Shown: in pieces, positions 31,527-41,719 of the stretch
How the letters are laid out: each line of letters starts with the position of its first letter
How positions within the stretch are numbered: position 1 is the stretch's first letter
Source: Methanotrichaceae archaeon
Lineage (GTDB): Archaea > Halobacteriota > Methanosarcinia > Methanotrichales > Methanotrichaceae
Reading direction: 5' to 3'
Length of the DNA stretch: 64,000 nt
NCBI GenBank assembly: GCA_963748825.1
Contig: CAVVKN010000002.1
Location: 1-64,000, forward strand
The notes under the pieces: model-generated
The model's database searches: none
The model's input: the letters and a program-made list of their open reading frames with translations, nothing else
Told to the model about the DNA's origin: nothing
Made by a program: the position numbers and the translations under genes

Positions 31527-32729
31527 CTACACCCGCCAGATCTCTCGCGGCAGACGGGTCAGCCTCTCCACACCGTTCGCTCCGACTAGAAATGTGTCCT
31601 CAATTCCCACCACACCCTCTCCTGGATAGATCATCTTCGGCTCCACGGCAATGGTCATGTTCTCCACAATTTCGTGGTCTACGGGACCTAGCACGGGATA
31701 TTCATCTATCTGCAGCCCCACACCATGCCCCACAAATCCGGCTTTGCTCTCCGGGGGCCCTCCCAGGAAATCCTGATAGCCCAGCTTGAGGCCTTCCGCT
31801 TCCGAGAGACTCCATATCTCCCGGCTCTTCTTGCCGGGGCGAAGCTGCCGCGCTATGGCTTCTTCTATTTGCAGGGCGGCCTGGTGTGCATCCTCCAGCT
31901 TGGCCGGAAGCTTTCCCAGGCAGAATATGCGTGTCTCATCGGCGATGTAGCCGTTGTAGCATCCGGCATAGTCCACCAGCACACTCTCACCTCGCCTGAT
32001 CCTGGCAAATCCCGGCCCCTGGGCAAAGAAAAGAGACATGCCCTTTCCGCCCGTGGGTGAGGATACATAGCTTGGTATTGCTGCACTGGGGCCGGCCATG
32101 AGATGGCCCATGGGAAGTGCCTGATTAAACCTTCTAAATGCCACCTTGCCCTGATGGCCCAGGAGCCTCATGGTGCTCTCCACAACGACGGCCAGATCTA
32201 TCTCCCGCATTCCCTCACGAAGGTGGTCCGCAACGGTTGCGATACCTGCATCCAAAATCCGGGCCGCCTCGCGGATGAGCCGAACCTCAAAATCGGACTT
32301 CACAGAGCGAATGTGCTTGATGATCTCCGAGATATCAGAAAATTGGACATCTTCTCCCAGAGCCTTTGTTAGCCGGGCATAATTATTGTAGGGGAGCACA
32401 TCCAGCTCCAGGCCAATCTTGGCGTTGGCGGGCAGATCCAGATCTTTTTTGAGGAACTTGAGGCTTTTTTGCGGCTGCACGGTGAGAGGCGATTCCTGAC
32501 TGGCCCTCTCCAGACTCTTTCTTATCATGAGTGATGGCAGACCGTCCCTGGGAATGTAGATCAGACCTTCCTGAGCTGTGCCTGAGAAATAGCCCAGGTC
32601 CGTGGATTCAAACAATATGACACCGTTCAGTTCGCCCATCCGGTCCTGCAGTCTCTTTATCCTGGCATCGATCTCCGACCGGGGATGCAAAACGTACTCC
32701 ATCGATTCCACCTTATCCATATTACCCAT
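31527..32729 (-). CDS. M24 Xaa-Pro peptidase family protein
   Basis: RSVKSDFE, YIADETR, GHGVGL, VEP and GIEDT. Confidence 0.92.
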   Translation of the reverse strand: MGNMDKVESMEYVLHPRSEIDARIKRLQDRMGELNGVILFESTDLGYFSGTAQEGLIYIPRDGLPSLMIRKSLERASQESPLTVQPQKSLKFLKKDLDLPANAKIGLELDVLPYNNYARLTKALGEDVQFSDISEIIKHIRSVKSDFEVRLIREAARILDAGIATVADHLREGMREIDLAVVVESTMRLLGHQGKVAFRRFNQALPMGHLMAGPSAAIPSYVSSPTGGKGMSLFFAQGPGFARIRRGESVLVDYAGCYNGYIADETRIFCLGKLPAKLEDAHQAALQIEEAIARQLRPGKKSREIWSLSEAEGLKLGYQDFLGGPPESKAGFVGHGVGLQIDEYPVLGPVDHEIVENMTIAVEPKMIYPGEGVVGIEDTFLVGANGVERLTRLPREIWRV

Positions 32730-32803
32730 GTCTTATCGTGTCCCTTCTTCTATTCTGGGATTTCAGATCCATACTTGTCACTCAGGTTCTCTTGGTTCTC
32801 TTA

Positions 32804-33454
32804 TCACTCATAATTGGTTCCGATCTCTTCTTCCAGGTCCAGGAGGTATCTTCTCAGTACAGCCGTCCTTGCAGCGGCAAGCTTCTTGGCGCTCTCTGTA
32901 TGCATTCCCAATTCCAGTTTGAGCAGCTTTCTGTAGAAATGATCCAGATTCCATTTTCCGTCATCCGGCTCTCTGGACCGGCAGAAGGGATCGTCAGGAT
33001 GGTAAAGCTCTCTTCCCAAAGTTCCACCCGTAAGAAATACCCGGGCAATTCCAATGGCACCCAGGGCATCCAACCGGTCGGCATCCTGAAGTATCCTGGC
33101 CTCCAGAGTAACCGGAACAATTCCCTTAGAAAAGCGGTGCACATCTACAGCATAGTGCACCTTCTCTCTTGCTTCCTCCTCCAGCCCGATCGACTCCAGG
33201 AAAGCCTCCACTGCCCTTTTGCCCTGGCCCTTAGACTCGCCCTGCTTCGAGGTGTGCTTTTTTTCCGATCCCACATCATGCAGCAGGGCGGCTAGCAGCA
33301 GCACCTGCATATCCGCGCCTTCCTCCTGGCCAATGATCCGGGCATTTTTGTAAACTCTTAAGATATGCGATAAATCGTGGGCGGGATCAGCTACCTGGTA
33401 CATGGGCCGGATATCATTCAGCCAGGATTCGGGATCAAATTTATGGGGGGCCAT
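32804..33454 (-). CDS. HD domain phosphohydrolase
   Basis: HDLSHILRV, LLHDV and DADRLDALGAIG. Confidence 0.9.
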   Translation of the reverse strand: MAPHKFDPESWLNDIRPMYQVADPAHDLSHILRVYKNARIIGQEEGADMQVLLLAALLHDVGSEKKHTSKQGESKGQGKRAVEAFLESIGLEEEAREKVHYAVDVHRFSKGIVPVTLEARILQDADRLDALGAIGIARVFLTGGTLGRELYHPDDPFCRSREPDDGKWNLDHFYRKLLKLELGMHTESAKKLAAARTAVLRRYLLDLEEEIGTNYE

Positions 33455-33489
33455 CAAGAGATATATACTCCGTTGGTACAATTAATATG

Positions 33490-33960
33490 TTAGCTAATCG
33501 GCGCATAGATGATGGTGAGAATATCTTCTGGGGCAACCTCTCCGGGATCGTTCAGGTAAGCCTCTCTGACAGGCCCCGTTAGCGGAAGGCCGTTTTCCAG
33601 AAGCCAGGCAAAGAGCCTCTCGTAAACCGGTCCACTTGCTTCGTATGGACCCTTGTGAATTATCTGGGCCATCTTTTCGCCGGAAAGCTCGTAGCACTTG
33701 ATCTCCTCATTCTCGGGTATCTTTTCGGCAATGGGAACGCAGACCTCTATGTCGGCATTGCCTGCCTCATCGGCTTTCAGGGCTTCCTCTACGCTCTTTT
33801 CATGCCAGAGGTAGAGGGGCGGCCCGGCAATTATGGCTTCGTGGCTCATGGCATATTCAAAGAGAGCGGGCAGCATCTTTGCGATCTCTTTGTAATGCCC
33901 CCTCCGTCTCAATCCCGCTACGATTTGGGGCTTTTCTTCGACAATTGTAATTTCGATCAT
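33490..33960 (-). CDS. GyrI-like small-molecule-binding protein
   Basis: HKGPYE and GPVREAYLNDP. Confidence 0.88.
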   Translation of the reverse strand: MIEITIVEEKPQIVAGLRRRGHYKEIAKMLPALFEYAMSHEAIIAGPPLYLWHEKSVEEALKADEAGNADIEVCVPIAEKIPENEEIKCYELSGEKMAQIIHKGPYEASGPVYERLFAWLLENGLPLTGPVREAYLNDPGEVAPEDILTIIYAPIS

Positions 33961-34064
33961 ACTCAACAACCATTTCGTCAATTCAGCAATACTGCCAAAC
34001 TTTTTATAAGATCCGGTGCCAATTAGCAGCGATTATTTCTCATTGTCAAAGAGGTGTTCTTTGC

Positions 34065-34481
34065 ATGTTGCATAAAGATAAAAATAAAAGATTAATAAGT
34101 ACAAAGGCTTCGTCTATCTGGACCATTAAAGCGCTTGCAGCTGTGATGCTGCTTATCATGCTGGCATTGCCCGTTACTGCTCATCCGCCTGCCCAGGTAA
34201 GTCTCGCCTATGACAGCCAGAATCAGAGCTTAAATGTAACAACGACCCATGTCGTATCAAATCCCGCCAGCCATTATGTCTTCAAGATTGCCGTCCAGAA
34301 AAATGGAGAGCAAGTCTTAACTAAAGAATACACGAGCCAGCCCACTTCTTCCACATTCAGCTACGACTATCCCATAAATGCCACCAAGGGTGATGTTCTC
34401 AAAGCTACCGCCTACTGCAGCATTGCGGGAAGCAGATCCGGAGAGATCAAAGTTATGGAGGATGCAAAGCTCGCTGTTTAA
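34065..34481 (+). CDS. Secreted hypothetical protein (His-containing, possibly metal-binding)
   Basis: Signal peptide then AHPP, HVVSNPASHYV and YCSIAG. Confidence 0.7.
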   Translation: MLHKDKNKRLISTKASSIWTIKALAAVMLLIMLALPVTAHPPAQVSLAYDSQNQSLNVTTTHVVSNPASHYVFKIAVQKNGEQVLTKEYTSQPTSSTFSYDYPINATKGDVLKATAYCSIAGSRSGEIKVMEDAKLAV

Positions 34482-34502
34482 CAGGCAGGATAAGGGATCA
34501 AA

Positions 34503-34910
34503 TCAGCCTTCCCAGACCTCCATGGTCATATCATGATAGTACTCGATCCTCTGGGGGACGAATTTGAGAACTACGTATTCAGGGTTCTCCGGCTTCTGGA
34601 AATAGACTTCCATCTTAGGATTCCAGAACTTCTTTTTCGTCTCCAGGTCTTCATGGACGATGCCTTTGCCCTGGATCATCACATAAGGATCGTTAAAGTT
34701 CTTTCCGGACCAGATGGTGAGGGCAACTTCCGGGTTCTTCTTGATCTGCTCAACCTTGCGAGAGCTCTTCATGGTGGCCCCAATCAGGGTTAGATCGTCC
34801 AGACCAAAAAGGGCCATGAACCTCACAGCAGGCTTTCTTTCCTGTACGGTGGCAACGGCAGCCACGCGCTCGCCTCCCGTGACCTTAAGGATGTTTTCTT
34901 TTAGTGACAT
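34503..34910 (-). CDS. Pyridoxamine 5'-phosphate oxidase-like (general stress protein 26) protein
   Basis: PAVRFM, SRKVEQIKKNPEV and PENPEYVVLKF. Confidence 0.85.
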   Translation of the reverse strand: MSLKENILKVTGGERVAAVATVQERKPAVRFMALFGLDDLTLIGATMKSSRKVEQIKKNPEVALTIWSGKNFNDPYVMIQGKGIVHEDLETKKKFWNPKMEVYFQKPENPEYVVLKFVPQRIEYYHDMTMEVWEG

Positions 34911-34958
34911 GATTAATAGTATTGGTAACAACTTATTAATAAACTGTGGGGTAGAGAA

Positions 34959-35435
34959 CTATACCTTAATTTCCCGTTTGATCATCTCCGCCGAGATGGC
35001 GATCCCCTTGCAGGTGTGCATGTTTAGCGAGAGCAGAAGTCCCACCACATGGCCGTCCTGAATCAAGGGGCTGCCGCTGTCTCCCGGCCCAGGAAGATTG
35101 CCTAGCGGCAGCACCACATAGGCAATAGACCAGGTGGTGTCGGAGATGCGGCATAACAGGCTGCGCTGAGAATTTTTTAGCTCAGCTTCGCCCAGCCGGG
35201 GCTTTCCCAGATCGGTGGGTTGGCAGGCTCCCAGAAGGGGAAAGAAGGCCAGGTCGGCGTCGCTAGGCATGTAGGCTACCTTGCAGGCCAGGCCACCCAC
35301 GCGCAGATTGTGAGTGCCTGCTGCGTGAAAGATGTGCGCCGGAGCTACGCCTGCAAAGGCCCCTCGCCAGGGGACGACGGCACCGACCACTCCGCCGGAG
35401 CGACCCGCGATGAACTGGTCACCGGATTTGATCAT
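34959..35435 (-). CDS. Small trypsin-like serine protease domain protein
   Basis: APAHIF (His), DADLA (Asp) and PGDSGSP (Ser). Confidence 0.65.
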   Translation of the reverse strand: MIKSGDQFIAGRSGGVVGAVVPWRGAFAGVAPAHIFHAAGTHNLRVGGLACKVAYMPSDADLAFFPLLGACQPTDLGKPRLGEAELKNSQRSLLCRISDTTWSIAYVVLPLGNLPGPGDSGSPLIQDGHVVGLLLSLNMHTCKGIAISAEMIKREIKV

Positions 35436-35544
35436 TGCTAATTAATCGAATCTGCTAAGTAATTAGGATTTTCTAACCTGCTTGTGATATATAGTTCCAG
35501 CCAGGGAAAAGATATTTGTCCGTCACCAGCCAACTGCACTGAAG

Positions 35545-36129
35545 GTGAACGAAGTATTGCATTCTCGAATTCTAGCTTTATCCCTTCTCCTTTTGCTCGC
35601 CGCCGCATCCCCCGCCTTTGCCTACGGCAAGAGCGTGGAGGACCTGGTGGGCTCTTTTTCCATTGAGAAGACCATAAAGATTGGGAGCAGCAGCGAATGC
35701 TTTTCCTCCGCTGGCGCAGCCGATCCCCTTACCCCGCCCCAAAGCGGCGGCGCGAGCGCCCTGGCCGACGACCAGCCGCCGAGCGTTGCGGGCTTCGCTT
35801 TCCTGCCGCAGCAGATATCCGCCGCTACGCCGGAGCCCATCAACCTGACCGCTCACCTCATCGATGACCAGGGGGTTTGGGCGGCAGAGGCGACATTTTC
35901 CGGCCCGCTGGGAGAGGAAGCTGCCGCACTCTTTTCTTCCCAGAACCTCACCTCGGGAAATGCCAAAGATGGATATTATGGCGCACAGATGCTTCTTCCC
36001 CCGAGCAATGAGACGGGCGAGTGGCATCTGCAGAATTTGACCCTCGTGGACAGGGAAGGCAACCGCAGGGTCTTGATTGAGAAGGACTTGCAGGGCCTGG
36101 GTTTGCCCACGGTGATAACGGTCGCCTAG
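35545..36129 (+). CDS. Secreted hypothetical protein
   Basis: Signal peptide; Ig-like C-domain (GEWHLQNLTLVDREGN). Confidence 0.7.
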   Translation: MNEVLHSRILALSLLLLLAAASPAFAYGKSVEDLVGSFSIEKTIKIGSSSECFSSAGAADPLTPPQSGGASALADDQPPSVAGFAFLPQQISAATPEPINLTAHLIDDQGVWAAEATFSGPLGEEAAALFSSQNLTSGNAKDGYYGAQMLLPPSNETGEWHLQNLTLVDREGNRRVLIEKDLQGLGLPTVITVA

Positions 36130-36153
36130 TAAAGTAATGGAAGAGGGCAGCAG

Positions 36154-36576
36154 CTACTCGCCAATGATCTGCACAATCACTTTTCTCTGCCTGGGCCGAT
36201 TGTCCAGCTCCAGGAAGACGATCTGCTGCCAGGTGCCCAGCATCAGCCTCCGCTCGCAAAAGGGCACGCTGAGGCTTGGCCCCAGCAGCGCTGCTCGGAT
36301 GTGGGAATGGCCGTTGCCGTCATGCCAGCACTCATTATGGGCGTAATTGATCTCCATCGGTGCCAGCCTCTGCAGGGCCTCGCCGAGATCCGCCACCAGC
36401 CCATCCTCGAACTCGATGGTGGTAACGGCTCCTGTGGCCCCGGGAACAAAGACGGTGACCACGCCCGCATGCAGAGACGTGCTCTGCAATGCCTCTTGCA
36501 CTTCATCTGTAATGTCCAACACTTCGCCGCTTAGCGTCTCAAACTCCAAGTATCTGGTTACAATCAAAGTTGTCAA
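36154..36576 (-). CDS. YjbQ family (secondary thiamine-phosphate synthase) protein
   Basis: DGNGHSHIRAALLG and LGTWQQIVFLELD. Confidence 0.92.
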   Translation of the reverse strand: MTTLIVTRYLEFETLSGEVLDITDEVQEALQSTSLHAGVVTVFVPGATGAVTTIEFEDGLVADLGEALQRLAPMEINYAHNECWHDGNGHSHIRAALLGPSLSVPFCERRLMLGTWQQIVFLELDNRPRQRKVIVQIIGE

Positions 36577-36622
36577 CTCCTGAGTGTCAAAAAATTATTT
36601 ATCGCTTCCCAGTAGATCTATC

Positions 36623-37516
36623 ATGATGGCCTACTATGAGGCAGTCCGGCGCATTCTGATAATAATATTCGTAATTAACATAGCCACTGCCTTCGCCAAG
36701 GGAGGCTATGGCCTTCTCACCAACTCCCTGAGCATGAGCGCAGACGGCCTGCATTCCATCTTCGATAGCACCTCCAACATCATCGGCCTGGTGGGCATCT
36801 CTCTGGCAGCCCGTCCTCCTGATAAGGAGTACCCCTACGGCCATGCCAAGTTCGAAACCTTTGCCTCTTTGGGAATAGCCGTGCTGCTATTTGCCAGCTC
36901 TATTCAACTGGTCCTGGCGGCCGTAAATCGCTTGCAAAGCCAGTCCACACCTCAGATAACCGAGCTATCTTTCGGCATTATGGGCATAACCCTGCTCATC
37001 AATATTGGCGTCTCGGCTTACGAATACATTCTGGGCAAAAGGCTGAAGAGCAGCATACTGGTGGCCGATTCCATGCATACGCGAAGCGACATTTTCGCTT
37101 CTGTGGGCGTCATCCTGGGACTTGTCGCCGTCAAGATGGGCTATCCTCTGGCCGATCCGATCATAGCTATGTTTATCTGCGGCCTGATCCTCTTGACTGG
37201 TCTCGAGATTGTAAAAGACAGCTCTAAGGTATTGCTGGACAAAGCTCTGGTCGAAGAGAGAGTGATTGTCGATCTGGCAAAGTCGGTAGATGGCGTTTGC
37301 ACCTGCCACCGCGTGCGCACGCGCGGCATGACAGGAGAGATTTATGTGGATCTGCATATCGGAGTTGACTCGTCGCTTTCCATAGATGCAGCTCATAAAG
37401 TGGGCGAGAGTGTGGTGAGTATGATAAAAAGCAAGATCCCAGAGGTCAGGGATGTGGTCGTGCATCTGGAGCCCAAGGACTACTGCGAGATAAAGGCCCG
37501 GACGGCTTTGAAATAG
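36623..37516 (+). CDS. Cation diffusion facilitator (FieF-like) transporter
   Basis: ADGLHSIFD, YPYGH, ADSMHTRSD and VVHLEP. Confidence 0.93.
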   Translation: MMAYYEAVRRILIIIFVINIATAFAKGGYGLLTNSLSMSADGLHSIFDSTSNIIGLVGISLAARPPDKEYPYGHAKFETFASLGIAVLLFASSIQLVLAAVNRLQSQSTPQITELSFGIMGITLLINIGVSAYEYILGKRLKSSILVADSMHTRSDIFASVGVILGLVAVKMGYPLADPIIAMFICGLILLTGLEIVKDSSKVLLDKALVEERVIVDLAKSVDGVCTCHRVRTRGMTGEIYVDLHIGVDSSLSIDAAHKVGESVVSMIKSKIPEVRDVVVHLEPKDYCEIKARTALK

Positions 37517-37591
37517 AAAATAATAAAAATTAAAATGCAAAATTAATGAAATAAAGAAATAAAGAAGATAAAGAACGGAGTATGAGCAAAT

Positions 37592-40500
37592 ATGCAAAAT
37601 ATCACAATCACAGTCTCGGAGGCGGGAACTGCTGCCGCCAGGACCTTTGCCTACAAAATTCTGGTCGAGGGTAATGTCGTGGCAGAGAGAACGCTCACGC
37701 CAGTTCAAACTTCGCAGGTGCTAGAGACTTCATCTCAGTACTTCTCTCTTCTGCAGGGCACAGGGCAGGCCTCATCGAAAAGCTATCTGCCCATCCTCAG
37801 TGACGGGCTATTTCATCTCTTCTTAGAGAAAGGCTGGCAGGATTTCCAGGCCAAGATCTTGCCGGGTGCCAGACTTACTATCGCTTCGCCCATCCCGGAG
37901 GTGCTCCAGCTTCCCTGGGAGCTTCTTCCGCTTTTCGACCGGCAGATGGGCGACAGTGACAGCTTCGGCATCATTCGCCTGCCCAGGGCCACAGACGGGC
38001 TTATTGCCTCCTCGGTGAAGCTTTCGCCGGGGCCTTTGCGCGTACTTTTCCTGGCAGCCGAGCCGTTAGACTTTGAAGAAGAAGAGCAGTCGATCCAAAA
38101 GGTGTCAGAGGGCCTGGACATATCTCTCACGATCTGTGAAAGTGGCACCTGGGAAGAGTTGAAGAGCCTGGCTGAATCCTTCCAGCCTCATCTGGTGCAC
38201 CTGGCGGGCCAGGGAAAGATGTCCAGTGGCATTGTGGCATTCACTTTGCAGGGACCGGCGGGCCGGGTGGATCTGCGCTCGGCTGAGGAGATGGCCTTCG
38301 CCCTGAAGGACTCTGGCCTTGCGGGCATCATCCTGAGCGGCAAGCAGAGCGAGTCCGCTTCATCTCTACATCTGCTCTGCCAGAGGCTGGCGGAGAGCAT
38401 TCCACTGGCCGTGGCCTGGAATGCACCTACCGCGGCTACCCTGCCCTTATACCGGGCCCTGGCCGCGGGTCAATCAATGGATGAAGCGCTGCTATCCGTG
38501 CGCCGGGAGATCTCTGTAGCTCCTGTCCCTGCTCTTTCTCCGGTTTCCGTTCCAGTTCCCGCTCTGTACTCGATCTATGATCAACAAGGAATCTTCGACA
38601 TCCAAAAGAGAGAAGCTGCGCCTGCTTCCCTATGCCAGGAGTTCGCCGCCTTGCCGGGCCTGACGGAAGGCCGGGCGGAGTGCTTTGTGGACCGGAGACG
38701 GGATTTGCAGAAACTCCTTCCCGCTCTGCGAGAGGGTGGAGCGCAGGCTCTGATCATCACCGGCCCGGATGGCGTGGGCAAGAGCGCTCTGGCAGTTCAT
38801 CTCGCCCGCCTGCTGGCGCCCGCCGGCTACAGCATTCTGCCCATTTACAGCTCGCCGCATAATCGAATAAGCTCTGCCCGGCTCTTGGAGGCGGCTGTCG
38901 GCCATTTGAGCGGAATTGGAGAGGAAGCTGCTGCAAAAAGCCTCAAAGACCCGAGGCGCTCCGTCAGAGAGCGGCTACAGAATTTGATGGATGTGCTGAA
39001 AGCCTCTCGCATTCTGATGGTTTGGGATGGTCTGGACCTGGACGGGAAGACCGGCAAAATTTCTGACCCAGATTTGGCCGAGTTCTACAAGCTCATGATA
39101 AAAGGCATGACAGCAGGCCGCGTCATCATCACCTGCATGGCTTTGCCAGCCGATGCCCTGACCCTGCCCGCTCGCACCTGGCAGTGGAAGCTGGAGGGGC
39201 TTGGCCAGGCCGCATTCATTAGATATCTTCTCCGGGACGAGGCTGTGGTGGATCGCTATCGAAAAGGCGAGATCTCTTATGCCGAACTTGCCAAGCATCA
39301 CCTTGCGGCCTTGGGCCATCCGGCTCACCTGGCCCAAACAGGCAAAGCCTTGAGCTGGGGAGATCTCGCCGCCGACGAGGATCCGCTGGTAAAGCTCACT
39401 TCCCGGTTGGGCTCTGCCTCTAGCCACGCCCTCTTCCAGGCAGCGATCTTTAGCATAGCCATGAGCCCGGCTGGCCTGGCAGCCGTTTTCGGTGTAACAG
39501 AAGAGCAGTCCGCGGCCAATGCCCGTGAGTGGCAAGATCTCTCGTTGGCCTATGCAGTGGGAAAGCTGTGGGCAGTGCCATCAGCCCTTCGCGCTTCTCT
39601 CCTGGCGGCTTTGAGCCCGCAGGAACAGCGAGCTGCACAAAAGGCGGCCGGCGATTTTCTTAGAGACCTGGCCGTGGCCGGGCGCTCTGCAGAGCTCGGG
39701 CTCTCTCGCTTAGATGTCTTGCTGGAGGCGCGCGGGCACTATCTGTCGGCAGAGGATCTGGACGATGCAATCGCCGTAACTGCCCGCATCAGCGGCTATC
39801 TGCAAAGGCGCGGCTACTACTCTGAGCTGATGAGGCTAAACCAGGAGCTTTTGGATCTGGATAAGCAATCCGGCAGGCCTACGATCTGGATCGCCCAAGC
39901 CCATCTGGATCAGGGCGAATACAGAAAAGCGGCCGAATGGTACGGGCGAGCTCTGCAGATCGCCCCTGACGCTGCCGCTCAACACGGCCTGGGCACGGCT
40001 CTCCTGCACCAGGAAAAATATGACCTGGCAAAAGAGAGCCTGCAAAAGGCTGCGGATGCATTTCATGCAGCAGGTGACCCATCTGGGGAAGCGGCCAGCC
40101 TGAGTAGCCTGGCTGCCATTGACATGATGAAAAACGAAAATGAGGCCGCGAAAGAAAAGCTGCAGAAGATAGTAGAGATCATGAATAGCCTGGGGGATAT
40201 TAAGGGCGAGGCTGCAGCTTTGCAGGAGATGGCCCGACTGGATATGAATAGGTGTGATTATGACGGCGCGCGCCAGAGGCTCGTGAAATCATGTGAGCTA
40301 CTGGAAGAAGCCGGAGACAGGAAGGGCGCTGCTTTTGCCATCTTTAACCTGGCCAGCCTCGATCTGGAGAAGGGCGACTTCCAGCCAGCTGGCGCGGAGT
40401 TTGCGAAGGCTCTGCCACTTTTTCAGGAGATGGGCGATCGGGCCGGCGAAGCCGCCATCCTGCACAGCCTCGGCATGATCCATTCTCAGGCCGGAGAGAA

Positions 40501-40831
40501 AGAGAAGGCGATGCAAAGCTTCCGGAAAGCCCTGCAGATCAATCAAGAGCTGGCCGATAGACCCGCGGAAGCGGGAGCCTTCTTCCAGCTCGGAGCTTTG
40601 GCCGTGCAGCAGGATAAGATGCAAGAAGGCCTGCGGCTCATGGCCCTGGCTGCTATAGTTTTAAGGAGCATCAAGAGCGATGATGTGAAGAACGTCGAGC
40701 CGCTGGTGGAGAGGCTGGCTGCGCAGCTTAGCTTAACTCAGGAGCAGTTCATGGTCCTGGTGCAGGAGGTCCTGCAAAGCTACGCCAGGGACCGGGGCTG
40801 GGGTCTGGTGGAGAGGGCCTGGGGCAAGTAG
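37592..40831 (+). CDS. CHAT-like domain + STAND/NB-ARC-like NTPase + TPR repeat protein
   Basis: QLPWELL and PLRVLF (CHAT), FVDRRRD, Walker A GPDGVGKS, Walker B LMVWDGLD and C-terminal TPRs (GEAAILHSLG). Confidence 0.85.
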   Translation: MQNITITVSEAGTAAARTFAYKILVEGNVVAERTLTPVQTSQVLETSSQYFSLLQGTGQASSKSYLPILSDGLFHLFLEKGWQDFQAKILPGARLTIASPIPEVLQLPWELLPLFDRQMGDSDSFGIIRLPRATDGLIASSVKLSPGPLRVLFLAAEPLDFEEEEQSIQKVSEGLDISLTICESGTWEELKSLAESFQPHLVHLAGQGKMSSGIVAFTLQGPAGRVDLRSAEEMAFALKDSGLAGIILSGKQSESASSLHLLCQRLAESIPLAVAWNAPTAATLPLYRALAAGQSMDEALLSVRREISVAPVPALSPVSVPVPALYSIYDQQGIFDIQKREAAPASLCQEFAALPGLTEGRAECFVDRRRDLQKLLPALREGGAQALIITGPDGVGKSALAVHLARLLAPAGYSILPIYSSPHNRISSARLLEAAVGHLSGIGEEAAAKSLKDPRRSVRERLQNLMDVLKASRILMVWDGLDLDGKTGKISDPDLAEFYKLMIKGMTAGRVIITCMALPADALTLPARTWQWKLEGLGQAAFIRYLLRDEAVVDRYRKGEISYAELAKHHLAALGHPAHLAQTGKALSWGDLAADEDPLVKLTSRLGSASSHALFQAAIFSIAMSPAGLAAVFGVTEEQSAANAREWQDLSLAYAVGKLWAVPSALRASLLAALSPQEQRAAQKAAGDFLRDLAVAGRSAELGLSRLDVLLEARGHYLSAEDLDDAIAVTARISGYLQRRGYYSELMRLNQELLDLDKQSGRPTIWIAQAHLDQGEYRKAAEWYGRALQIAPDAAAQHGLGTALLHQEKYDLAKESLQKAADAFHAAGDPSGEAASLSSLAAIDMMKNENEAAKEKLQKIVEIMNSLGDIKGEAAALQEMARLDMNRCDYDGARQRLVKSCELLEEAGDRKGAAFAIFNLASLDLEKGDFQPAGAEFAKALPLFQEMGDRAGEAAILHSLGMIHSQAGEKEKAMQSFRKALQINQELADRPAEAGAFFQLGALAVQQDKMQEGLRLMALAAIVLRSIKSDDVKNVEPLVERLAAQLSLTQEQFMVLVQEVLQSYARDRGWGLVERAWGK

Positions 40832-41019
40832 AGACCGGGATAAAGAAAAAGCATTTCGGCACCCCATTCGTCCTGTTGGCGGCGATCTTCCCCGCGACTG
40901 TTGGCGAAGGAAGCCCCACCATTTTCTGGTGCCGGTCGAGTACTGCGAAATCAGGCCGCAAATATGCTCAAGCCTTTTCACAATGGCTTGAATAGCTTCA
41001 TTGCACTTGTCCTGTTTAC

Positions 41020-41394
41020 CTAGAGCGATGCCCTTGTTGCTTTATTCTCGCCGTCTTCTGCTTTGGGGTTAGCATCAGCTGTCGTACCCCTGGCGATGTT
41101 ATCCATCCTGGCTATAGTATCCACACAAACCCCCTCCCTGACCTCCTTATCTATCCTGGCTGTGGCGGCTTGCTCCTGAGCCTTGAAATGTGAATTATAG
41201 GCCACGGAAACGATCGCAATAACGGCACCCAAGATCGTGGTCAACAAGCCCATTAATCCTTCTGAGATATCGACCTTTGGCATCGTAACGATTATAACTA
41301 CAATAGCAACTCCAAAAAGCGCCAAAAGACTTACCGCCAGCACCGTCAAGATAAAACGGGTGTTTTTAATTTCTTGCGTGAATATATTAAACAT
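41020..41394 (-). CDS. Hypothetical two-TM membrane protein
   Basis: Two hydrophobic helices followed by a charged tail. Confidence 0.6.
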   Translation of the reverse strand: MFNIFTQEIKNTRFILTVLAVSLLALFGVAIVVIIVTMPKVDISEGLMGLLTTILGAVIAIVSVAYNSHFKAQEQAATARIDKEVREGVCVDTIARMDNIARGTTADANPKAEDGENKATRASL

Positions 41395-41719
41395 AATCTA
41401 TCAACTCTATCTGCTTGTTCCAAACCCATTTCTTTCTTATGGGCCCGATTTTTGACTGAGGATAACTTGTATCTTATGCGATTGCTTAATACTTTAAATT
41501 ATTGGTTTTTTTAGAAGTTTGCATCCAATGTGATTTTAACAATCCCGAGAATCCGATTTTGCGGTTGTATTTGTTCACATGTTTGAGCATGTGGATGGCG
41601 ACATAGGCCTGCTCTCCGGGGAAGCTTTCTGCCGCAGTGCTGAGAATGATTGAGAGAGCGTAAATCAAGAGTATACACTCCCGATAAAGAAAAGACGCCA
41701 GGGGCCTCTGTCCCGTCGT

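Noticed and set aside
41486-41668. 60-aa minus-strand ORF after the RecJ-like gene
   Set aside because: TTG start, no recognisable motif; possibly a remnant but cannot be supported.
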